Source of the DNA: Chloroflexota bacterium
GTDB lineage: Bacteria; Chloroflexota; Dehalococcoidia; Lucifugimonadales; VGZR01
NCBI GenBank assembly: GCA_027625225.1
Contig: JAQBWG010000032.1
Location: 1-11,349, forward strand
Direction of reading: 5' to 3'
Length of the DNA: 11,349 nt
Below are positions 1 through 6,795 of the stretch, in pieces (position 1 is the first letter of the stretch; each line of letters begins with the position of its first letter). The translations under genes and the position numbers were made by a program. The notes below the pieces were generated by a model that worked only from the letters and a program-made list of their open reading frames with translations, was not told where the DNA came from and did not search any database.

Positions 1-202
1 TCAGGACAATACCAATTGATGGAGCTACGCGTTTCATACCAACCTCTTTGTTCGTCAAGCTGCCACGCTGACTCACGTTTAGAATGCGTTAAGCCCCTCA
101 CTGTATCCCAGCGCTGTCAATATAGTTTTGTAAATCACAATCACAGATACGCGATAGCTTCCTCTCTGACGGAGAGAAACCACGGGTTATGACGGGCGCC
201 GG

Positions 203-829
203 TTATCGTCCGAATGTAGGAGAGGAGCGTCGGTTGCCTTTGCTTTCAAAGAAGTCCATGTCTATGGCAAAGGCGGCGGCAAGGACGAGCGCCCAGAGCT
301 TGGGGTCGGTGGTGGTGGCTTCGCGCTGAACGTGGAAGGTATCGGCGTCGGTGGCCATTTCACGCAGGACGCCGCTCCATTTTTTGGTGACGCGGGCGAC
401 TTCCCTGTCGTGTTGGCTGACGATGAAGGTGTTGGGCTTCATGAGCGGACCAACGATTTCGGCTATGGGTTTGCCGGAGGGGTCGTGCACGCTGAATTTG
501 CGCTTGAGTATGGCGAAGCGCCGCTGGAGTGAGCCGAGGGGCTGGCCATGTGAGTCGGTGACGTGGAGGTGGGAGAACAGCCAAAAGAAGCCGCGCTTGG
601 CCTGCAACACGGGGGTTTTAGCGTTGTCGATGAAGTGGAAGGTGAGCGGCCGGTGGGTGGCCAGGAATTGGCGGGCGAGCCAGTTGGACTCTTCGTAGGC
701 GTAGAGCACCGGTTCGCCGGAGCCACTGCTGACGGTGTAGCGGTTGGAGGTTTCGAAGCCGGTGAAGACTTCGATGCCTTCTACTTTCTGGCGAACGATG
801 AATTCTTTATGGTCTGCAAGGGTGTCCAT
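203..829 (-). CDS. Phospholipid scramblase (PLSCR, PF03803-like) family protein, 208 aa
   Basis: Translation aligns by eye with human PLSCR1 core motifs: FTGFETSNRY vs LTGFETNNKY, KKWSGVLREMATDADTFHVQ vs KHWTGILREAFTDADNFGIQ, and C-terminal helix AAAFAIDMDFFES vs GACFLIDFMFFES. It lacks the eukaryotic Cys-rich palmitoylation motif and the Pro-rich N-terminus. RBS GGAGGTG lies 5-6 nt before the ATG at 829. Confidence 0.75.
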   Translation of the reverse strand: MDTLADHKEFIVRQKVEGIEVFTGFETSNRYTVSSGSGEPVLYAYEESNWLARQFLATHRPLTFHFIDNAKTPVLQAKRGFFWLFSHLHVTDSHGQPLGSLQRRFAILKRKFSVHDPSGKPIAEIVGPLMKPNTFIVSQHDREVARVTKKWSGVLREMATDADTFHVQREATTTDPKLWALVLAAAFAIDMDFFESKGNRRSSPTFGR

Positions 830-866
830 AGGGCACCTCCATTCGGAAAGTTTACCATCCGAAAAG

Positions 867-903
867 AAACTGCCCCCGCAGCGATGTGCTGCGGGGGCAG
901 TTT
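867..903. terminator. Bidirectional rho-independent terminator: perfect 16-bp stem (AAACTGCCCCCGCAGC / GCTGCGGGGGCAGTTT), 5-nt loop
   Basis: Perfect inverted repeat at 867-882 and 888-903 with loop GATGT. On the minus strand it is followed by TTTCTTTTCGG, so it terminates the SBP gene that ends at 930. On the plus strand it is followed by TTTACGTT. Confidence 0.7.
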
Positions 904-929
904 ACGTTCCTACTGTTCAGGGAAACGAC

Positions 930-2561
930 TTAGCGTTCAAGCCAAGCGTTGGCATAGTACGGGAAGGCCTTCACCTCAAAGTTCTTCAGCGCCGCCGTCG
1001 CGGGGTAGATGCTGTAGAACACGCCCTCGTATACTGCGGGAACAGCCTTGAAGAACTCTAATTGAATCTCGTCCAAAAGTCGGAACTTCTCATCGTCGGT
1101 AGTCGCCTGGGCGAACTGCGAGCGCAGTTCGTGCAGCTTGTCTATCTTGGGGAACAGCGGAATCGAAGCGCCAATGGCTTCGTGTTCCAGCGGGCTTGTG
1201 CTGTTCCAGTGCACGTCCCAGCTTGTTGCGACGTTAAAGCTTTCGGGGTTGCCGAACTTGGTTACGATGGTTGCCCAGTCAAGTGCCGGCATTTCCACGT
1301 TGAAGCCTATCTGTTCCAGCTCTTGCCTGACGACGAAGCCGGTCGGCGTGATGGTGGAGTAGTCGGTGGGGTTCAACAAGATGATGGTTTCCCCAGCGTA
1401 TCCGGACGCGTCCAAAAGCTCTTTCGCCCTTACTTTGTCGTTAACGTTGTAGTATTCGTCCACGCCAGCGCTGGTTTCCCAGCGCGTGCCGCAGTAGAAG
1501 ACTGCGCCGCATAGAGTCCAGAGGTCGCTCGGGCCAAGGGAAGTCATGATGGCTTCCATGTCCAATCCGGTCTGGACTGCCAAACGAGCATTGGTGTTGT
1601 CAAAGGGTGCCTGGCCGGGGATTAGGAACACGTTGCTCCTGTGACCCGGCTTGTACAACGGCACAGTCAGGTCTGCGTTGCTGTTTAACCGCTGGAAGAA
1701 ATCGAGGCCTGCACCGTCCACGACGTCCCATTCGCCGGTCTCCAGACCAGCTATCTTGGTTTCTTCGTCGGGTATCTCAAGCCAGATAAGCTCGTCTATG
1801 TACGCGGTTACTTTTCCGGTATAGAGGCTGGACGGTTCGTCTCTGGTGGTAAAGCCCTCGTTGCGGTTGAGGACGATTCTATCGCCCTGTTCCCAGCGGA
1901 CGAACTTGTAGGGGCCGGAGCCGACCCATTCTTCGACGGCGATGGCAGAGGTTACACCTTCGTCAATCCGGCTAGGCATAATGCGCGGGCTGCCATATGG
2001 CTTGGCCAAGCTTAAGATAACCGCACCGGTGCGTTTTTTCAGGTTGATGGTGAACGAGGTGTCGCTATTCACGACGAAGGAGTCTTCGTCCATGAACTCA
2101 CCCATAAGTCCGGCGATGGAGTACCAGCCGTTTATCCAGCGGGTGTACGTGCTCTTTACGTCGCCCGCGGTAACGGGGGTGCCGTCGTGGAACTTCATAC
2201 CTTCGCGAAGGGTGAAGTTCCAGGTCATGCTGTCGCTACTCACGTTCCAGGTATCCACCATGACGGGCTGGTCTTCGGTGTTTTCATCCCAGCCAAAGAG
2301 AGTTTCGTAGATGTGGGAGCCGACTGCGGTGGTCACATACGCGCCGCCAATCATCGGGTCCAATGTTGGAATACTCGCCTGGGAAACTATCCTCAGGGTG
2401 CCCCCAAATTTGGAGCCTTCACTCGTAGGTGTGGAGCCGGTTGTTGCCGTTGCCTGAACCACCTGCGTCGAATCGGTCGCAGTAGACTCGCTACAGGCCG
2501 CGGCAGCTAATACCAAGCTAAGAATCAGGACAAGCAGCCCCATGGATACCGTACGTTTCAT
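930..2561 (-). CDS. ABC transporter substrate-binding protein, family 5 (DppA/OppA/NikA-like), probable lipoprotein, 543 aa
   Basis: N-terminal signal peptide MKRTVSMGLLVLILSLVLAAAAC with Cys23, followed by a Thr/Ser-rich linker, at a size typical of SBP family 5. RBS AAGGGGA lies upstream of the ATG at 2561. No permease or ATPase genes are adjacent, so this is an orphan SBP. Confidence 0.75.
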   Translation of the reverse strand: MKRTVSMGLLVLILSLVLAAAACSESTATDSTQVVQATATTGSTPTSEGSKFGGTLRIVSQASIPTLDPMIGGAYVTTAVGSHIYETLFGWDENTEDQPVMVDTWNVSSDSMTWNFTLREGMKFHDGTPVTAGDVKSTYTRWINGWYSIAGLMGEFMDEDSFVVNSDTSFTINLKKRTGAVILSLAKPYGSPRIMPSRIDEGVTSAIAVEEWVGSGPYKFVRWEQGDRIVLNRNEGFTTRDEPSSLYTGKVTAYIDELIWLEIPDEETKIAGLETGEWDVVDGAGLDFFQRLNSNADLTVPLYKPGHRSNVFLIPGQAPFDNTNARLAVQTGLDMEAIMTSLGPSDLWTLCGAVFYCGTRWETSAGVDEYYNVNDKVRAKELLDASGYAGETIILLNPTDYSTITPTGFVVRQELEQIGFNVEMPALDWATIVTKFGNPESFNVATSWDVHWNSTSPLEHEAIGASIPLFPKIDKLHELRSQFAQATTDDEKFRLLDEIQLEFFKAVPAVYEGVFYSIYPATAALKNFEVKAFPYYANAWLER

Positions 2562-2656
2562 TCCAATCCCCTTAAATTAAGTTCGTCAAGCTGTATAGAT
2601 TTGTTTTTCCTAACGGATCTGGGCAAGGTTCGCACTGTTATGCTATAGCTGTCAAC

Positions 2657-2676
2657 ATTGTGAAGCTAATCACAAT
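2657..2676. promoter_or_regulatory. CRP/FNR-family-type operator: ATTGTGA-agctaa-TCACAAT (TGTGA-N6-TCACA consensus)
   Basis: Perfect 7-bp inverted arms with a 6-bp spacer, directly seen in sequence. It sits in the AT-rich leader about 95-115 bp upstream of the SBP start codon. Confidence 0.5.
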
Positions 2677-2712
2677 TTGTATGCAACGATGGGCACCAGA
2701 CGGTACAGCGTG

Positions 2713-3171
2713 CTAGGCAGTAGGAACTGTAAGGTCACCCGACTCGATGAGGTGCTTGACATTGGCAAGCCGTGACTTCTCACGTTTGGAGAAGTCCATC
2801 CGAATCATGGGGTACATGAGCCAGCCCATAATCGGCCTCGAGGTGGCGTGGATGCTCAAAGAGACACTGGTGTCGTCGCCACTGGAGTGAAATGCCCATT
2901 CGGCCTCGCCGCGCATGGCAGATGTAGTGAACTTCACTCCGAACGACTTGTTCGGATCGAGCTGAGTGGTTTCCAAGTCGATTTCGATGGTCGAGCCGGG
3001 CACTTTGAGGACTTCTTTCCATGTGGTACCGACCTTCACTGAGCCGTCGCCCGTATTTGCTATGGATACGACATCGGGGTCAGCCTTGGGAAGCCAAGTC
3101 GCCAAGTCGCTGAGAACAGCAAAGACTTCCTCAGTTGGTTCGTTTATGGTGGCTGTGGCGTTAAAACGCAT
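2713..3171 (-). CDS. SRPBCC superfamily protein (polyketide cyclase/dehydrase-like, Bet v1/START fold), 152 aa
   Basis: N-terminal INEPTEEVFAVLSDLATWLP motif and a long C-terminal helix (GWLMYPMIRMDFSKREKSRLANVKHLIE) are typical of Polyketide_cyc2-type proteins. RBS AAAGGGAG is present. It lies 40 bp downstream of the flotillin gene with no terminator between them, so co-transcription is likely. Confidence 0.65.
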   Translation of the reverse strand: MRFNATATINEPTEEVFAVLSDLATWLPKADPDVVSIANTGDGSVKVGTTWKEVLKVPGSTIEIDLETTQLDPNKSFGVKFTTSAMRGEAEWAFHSSGDDTSVSLSIHATSRPIMGWLMYPMIRMDFSKREKSRLANVKHLIESGDLTVPTA

Positions 3172-3211
3172 GATGCTCCCTTTGTTTCAGGTGACTCTCC
3201 GTTGTGACTAT

Positions 3212-5140
3212 TTATTCGTCGGTAGATTTACCCTTTTTAGGTTTCCTGGCTCCGTTGCCGCCGTTCTTGTCGGTATTCTCAGGTATGTCAAGCTTAGGCC
3301 CCAGGGTAGTGGCAAGCCAGGCGTTGAACAGGCCACCGCCGGGGCCTCCGTCGCCGCCACCGCTGACCATGACGTCGGGGGTGATTTTAACTTTGCCATC
3401 GGAGACTTCTTCCAACACCTTGAGGATGGCAAGGCGTTCGGGACCGACCACCTTGGCCTGGGCGAGGTAGGCGTCAGCAGTAGCTTCACCGACCTTACGG
3501 ACGGCGTCGGCATCACCGTCGGCGCGGGTTTTGGTGGAGTCGCGTACACCTTCGGCTTCGCGGCGGGCGGACTCGGCACGGTCGGCTGCCATCTCGATGG
3601 ACAGCTTTGCAGCCACGACCTGCACCTGCTGGTCGGCGCGGGCTTTCTGTTCCTGTACGCCGATACGTTCGAGTTCGGCACGGGCTTCTTCTTTGTACTG
3701 AGTCTGCTGCTGGATGGCAATCTCTTTCTTCGTCTGGGTATCGAGCAGCGTCTGGTCAACGGCGATGTAGGCGATGAGGAGGTTTTGGGCCTCGACGAAG
3801 TAGTGGTGGAATTCGTCACGCGCCTTGGAGAGTGCCTGCTGCTGCAACTCGGAGCGTCCCTGCACGAAACCGATAGCCTTTTCCTCTCCCGCACGGTTGC
3901 GGAACGAGGAGTCTACCAGCGGGTGGACGATTTGCTCGATAAGATTTTCAACGGAGCCGAAGCGGGCGATGACGAAGGGTGCGTACTCCGGCCGGATGCG
4001 GATAATCATGCGAACGTCGACGTCGAGGTGGAAGCCGTCCCGGGAGGTTACCCGTAGTTGGGCGAATTTGAAGAACTCGGCGGCTTTTCCTTCCGCGCTG
4101 GGCTCGGGTTCGATAGGCACGGGTGACATGGCATCCATCCGCACCCTGGCGCCAGCCGCCCAGTCAATGGTGACGGCGCTGGTGGGTACGAGATAGGACG
4201 TGTAGGCGATGGGATTGAGGTTGTAGGTACCAGGCGCGACAGGGTCACGAAGGATGCCACGGCGTTCGCGGTCGGTGATGAGCAGCTTTTCGACAGCCTC
4301 ATGGATGGGTTGCCGCAGGTCTTCGGGGGTGTGCGGAATCTCGGGCGGGCCGTCGCTGATGTCAAGTTCCTGGCCGACGTTGGACCGCAGGACGGCGACA
4401 TAGCCGGGAGGAATATCGGTGATGGCGTGCTTTTCGACTTCGAACAACAAGGGGTTGATGTAGTAGTCGCCGGGCTGGATGGTGTCGAGCTGGGGACCAC
4501 GGAAGCCGCCGCTATCGATGAACGCTTGCCCATCCTGGTAAAACTTATGGTGGCGGATGCGGGCGTTAATATCGGTGGGCGCTTCGGGCGGCTTGGGAGC
4601 CACGATGAAGCCGGGGGGCAAGGGAATGCCGTCCATAGCAACGATGACGCCGAGTTTACCCGATTCGATGCTGGTGGCGGCAAACTTTTGCACGCGGAAC
4701 AGCTTGGTGTTGATTCGATAGACACCGGGTCGCAATATTTCGACCTGGGGCCCTTTCTTGCCGCCGTTCTCCAAGAAGGTTTTGCCGTCCTGATAGGAAT
4801 CACAATCCACTAAGTCACCGAGAAGGCGCCTGGTGGGCAGCGGTTCGCCGTCAACCGATTCGATAACGCCCACTTCATCAACACGTATGACCGTAATGGG
4901 CAGGCGTTCAATCTTCCAAAACAACGGGAAGCGCCAGTAGAGGCCGGGCTTCAATGTTTCGGAGAGAATGCCCACTTCCTGGTTGCGGGCGATGATGTGG
5001 CCCTGAGGAAGGGGGGTGGCGAACATTTTGCGGGTGAGAACGCCTACCTGGTCGTCGCGAACGAGCGCAAGGCCCAGGATAAGTATCGCGAGTCCTATGA
5101 CTCCAGCAATAATAGGAAGCACGATTACTAGAGCAATCAT
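3212..5140 (-). CDS. Flotillin-like SPFH/Band-7 protein (YqiK/FloT family) with N-terminal TM anchor, repeated N-terminal modules, Glu/Ala-rich coiled coil and Gly-rich C-tail, 642 aa
   Basis: N-terminal hydrophobic helix (IALVIVLPIIAGVIGLAILILGLALV). SPFH core near aa 350-400. Long EA/Q-rich coiled coil at aa 430-570. C-terminal KVKITPDVMVSGGGDGGPGGG resembles the YqiK Gly-rich tail. RBS GGAGGGG precedes the ATG at 5140. The tandem internal repeats are described in the findings. Confidence 0.8.
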   Translation of the reverse strand: MIALVIVLPIIAGVIGLAILILGLALVRDDQVGVLTRKMFATPLPQGHIIARNQEVGILSETLKPGLYWRFPLFWKIERLPITVIRVDEVGVIESVDGEPLPTRRLLGDLVDCDSYQDGKTFLENGGKKGPQVEILRPGVYRINTKLFRVQKFAATSIESGKLGVIVAMDGIPLPPGFIVAPKPPEAPTDINARIRHHKFYQDGQAFIDSGGFRGPQLDTIQPGDYYINPLLFEVEKHAITDIPPGYVAVLRSNVGQELDISDGPPEIPHTPEDLRQPIHEAVEKLLITDRERRGILRDPVAPGTYNLNPIAYTSYLVPTSAVTIDWAAGARVRMDAMSPVPIEPEPSAEGKAAEFFKFAQLRVTSRDGFHLDVDVRMIIRIRPEYAPFVIARFGSVENLIEQIVHPLVDSSFRNRAGEEKAIGFVQGRSELQQQALSKARDEFHHYFVEAQNLLIAYIAVDQTLLDTQTKKEIAIQQQTQYKEEARAELERIGVQEQKARADQQVQVVAAKLSIEMAADRAESARREAEGVRDSTKTRADGDADAVRKVGEATADAYLAQAKVVGPERLAILKVLEEVSDGKVKITPDVMVSGGGDGGPGGGLFNAWLATTLGPKLDIPENTDKNGGNGARKPKKGKSTDE

Positions 5141-5280
5141 GTATCCCCTCCTCTGTTGTGTTGTATCCGGCTTGCCAGCTGCGCCCAGAGGGTCAGCAAT
5201 TCCAAGTTAACGAAGAGGAACGGCTGTACACGGTGAATACCGGTACGTGATTCGGCGCGCGCTCACCTCAAGATGGCACC

Positions 5281-5309
5281 ATGATAATGATTAAGGAATA
5301 TCATGGCAA
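5281..5309 (-). promoter_or_regulatory. Candidate sigma70-type promoter for the flotillin-SRPBCC operon: -35 TTGCCA (rc of 5304-5309), 17-bp spacer, -10 TATCAT (rc of 5281-5286); overlapped by inverted repeat CCATGATA-N12-TATCATGG (5279-5306)
   Basis: Hexamers and spacing are read directly from the minus strand in an AT-rich island. The implied 5' UTR is about 130 nt. Confidence 0.35.
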
Positions 5310-5358
5310 GATTTCCACCAACATGACACCGTCTCAGCAAGCGATTCGTCGGCGTCGG

Positions 5359-6189
5359 CTAGGTTTGCTGAGGCGTCTCCAACCAAAGGCTGTAGGCCTG
5401 ACGGCGGGAGAGTCCGAACTCAGCGGTGAGGGTTTCGGTGGCTTGCTTGGCGGTAAGACGGTTACGACGCAGGTCTACGATGCGCAAGGCGATGGCGTGG
5501 AAATCGGGATCATCGGAGGTGGAGGCAGGATCGGCGGCGGCGATGACGAGGGTGAATTCGCCGCGCGGTTCGGTAAAGTGGGCGACTGCTTGAGAGACGG
5601 TTCCGCGATAAATTTCTTCGTGGAGCTTGGTTAGCTCACGGCACACGGCGATACGTCGCTCACCAAAAGTGTCGTGGATGTCCTGCAACGCGGCTATGAG
5701 ACGTTGCGGGGTTTCGAAAGCGACGAGCGCGCGGGTATCGCGGACGTGTTCGGAGAGCAGGCGGCGGCGGTCGGCGGGTTTGCGGGGCAGGAATCCGGCG
5801 AATACGTAGCCGTCTACCGGGATACCGGAAGCGGCGATGGCGGTGGCGACGGCTGAAGGGCCGGGTATGGGGACGACGGTTGCACCCTGCTCTGCTGCCA
5901 CCGCGACGAGGTCTGCGCCAGGGTCGGATATGCCGGGAGTGCCGGCGTCGGTGACGAGGGCGACGTCGTGATTTTCCAAAGCACTAAGCAGTTCTTCCAG
6001 CTTGGCACGTTTGCTGTGCTCGTGGTAGCTGACCAGACGGGTTTTGATGTCGTAGCGAGCGAGTAGCTTTCGGGTGACGCGGGTATCTTCCGCTGCAATC
6101 AGTTGCACCTGCGACAGGATGCGAAGGGCACGCGCGGAGACATCTTCGAGGTTGCCGATGGGCGTAGCGATGACGTACAGGGTGTGCAT
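5359..6189 (-). CDS. rsmI: 16S rRNA (cytidine1402-2'-O)-methyltransferase RsmI, 276 aa
   Basis: N-terminus LYVIATPIGNLEDVSARALRILSQVQLIAAEDTR is the canonical RsmI / tetrapyrrole-methylase-fold signature, and the length fits. There is no good SD. A TAGAAT -10 (rc of 6196-6201) ends 6 nt before the ATG, which suggests a leaderless mRNA. Confidence 0.85.
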   Translation of the reverse strand: MHTLYVIATPIGNLEDVSARALRILSQVQLIAAEDTRVTRKLLARYDIKTRLVSYHEHSKRAKLEELLSALENHDVALVTDAGTPGISDPGADLVAVAAEQGATVVPIPGPSAVATAIAASGIPVDGYVFAGFLPRKPADRRRLLSEHVRDTRALVAFETPQRLIAALQDIHDTFGERRIAVCRELTKLHEEIYRGTVSQAVAHFTEPRGEFTLVIAAADPASTSDDPDFHAIALRIVDLRRNRLTAKQATETLTAEFGLSRRQAYSLWLETPQQT

Positions 6190-6249
6190 GAGGATATTCT
6201 ACCCTGCCCGCCCGATTTTCCGAGGGCCGATCCCTATAAAAATAAGTTC

Positions 6250-6278
6250 TTGACAATACTTCACGACACCTATAATAT
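6250..6278 (+). promoter_or_regulatory. Strong sigma70-like promoter for the ArsR-type gene: -35 TTGACA (6250-6255); -10 TATAAT (6271-6276, 15-bp spacer) or TAATAT (6273-6278, 17-bp spacer)
   Basis: Consensus hexamers in an AT-rich divergent intergenic region. The predicted TSS is about 4-6 nt before the ATG at 6290, giving a leaderless or near-leaderless transcript. Confidence 0.55.
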
Positions 6279-6289
6279 TTTTCTTATAC

Positions 6290-6763
6290 ATGAAAGATAA
6301 CAACACAACAATCAATCAGGAGATGAACGGCGACGAGCTGCTCGCGACGCTGTCGGCGCTGGCAAGCGTGCACAGGCTGCGCATCGTCGCGCTGCTGACG
6401 GCGGGACGCATCCACGTAAGCCAGTTGGCAAGGGAGATGCAGATGAGCCGCCCGCTGGTACACATGCATCTGCAGCGACTTGAGGCTGCGGGGTTGGTGA
6501 AGGGCGAACTGGAGCTGTCCGAGGACGGCAAGGCGATGAAGTACTTCGAGGTGGCTCCCTTCATGTTGTCGGTCAGTCCGGCGAGCATCGTCGAGGCGAT
6601 TCAGACCCTGACGACTGAGTCGGGCGAGACAGGGGACGTAGCCCAGGTGCAACAGCGGGTCGCACAGGAGATGGAGCGGGTGGCGGGCGAGCTTTCACAG
6701 CTTCAGGAGCGGGCGGGCGCGATGAAGCGGATGTTCAAATCCCCGGATTCAAAAAAAGAGTAA
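6290..6763 (+). CDS. ArsR/SmtB-family winged-HTH transcriptional regulator with C-terminal coiled-coil extension, 157 aa (start may instead be the ATG at 6322)
   Basis: LSALASVHRLRIVALLTAGRIHVSQLAREMQMSRPLVHMHLQRLEAAGLV matches the ArsR HTH signature, including the HxHL motif. There are no metal-binding Cys residues. About 60 extra C-terminal residues are heptad-like (AQVQQRVAQEMERVAGELSQLQERAGAMKRMFKS). Confidence 0.7.
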   Translation: MKDNNTTINQEMNGDELLATLSALASVHRLRIVALLTAGRIHVSQLAREMQMSRPLVHMHLQRLEAAGLVKGELELSEDGKAMKYFEVAPFMLSVSPASIVEAIQTLTTESGETGDVAQVQQRVAQEMERVAGELSQLQERAGAMKRMFKSPDSKKE

Positions 6764-6795
6764 CGATGAAGGTAAAGGTTTAGGAGGATACGCAT

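Noticed and set aside
7-15. 9-mer CAATACCAA near both ends of the window (7-15 and about 11298-11306), considered as possible terminal repeats of a mobile element
   Set aside because: Hundreds of chance 9-mer repeats are expected in 11 kb. There is no extended similarity, no inverted orientation and no transposase or integrase nearby.
162-176. Short hairpin CTCTC-tgacg-GAGAG downstream of the scramblase gene
   Set aside because: The stem is only 5 bp and there is no adjacent A/T tract on the correct side for a minus-strand terminator, so it is not convincing as a terminator or regulatory element.
563-1061. Plus-strand ORFs 563..1051 and 744..1061
   Set aside because: They are antisense to the scramblase and SBP genes and read through the strong terminator hairpin, so they are spurious.
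2966-4057. 363-aa plus-strand ORF
   Set aside because: It lies entirely antisense to the well-supported flotillin gene. Its low-complexity G/V/A-rich translation is typical of a spurious antisense ORF in GC-rich DNA, and it has no RBS.
5281-5634. 117-aa plus-strand ORF (MIMIKEYHGK...)
   Set aside because: It begins in the AT-rich intergenic region and runs antisense through the rsmI 3' end. It has a Gly-rich low-complexity translation and no RBS. The ATG-rich start region is better explained as a promoter/operator for the minus-strand flotillin operon.
6316-6324. AGGAG immediately before the ATG at 6322 as the true RBS and start of the ArsR-type gene
   Set aside because: SD-to-ATG spacing is zero, which is too short to function. 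The upstream ATG at 6290 behind a consensus promoter (leaderless) is more plausible. It is left as an alternative because HTH alignments usually start near Met12.
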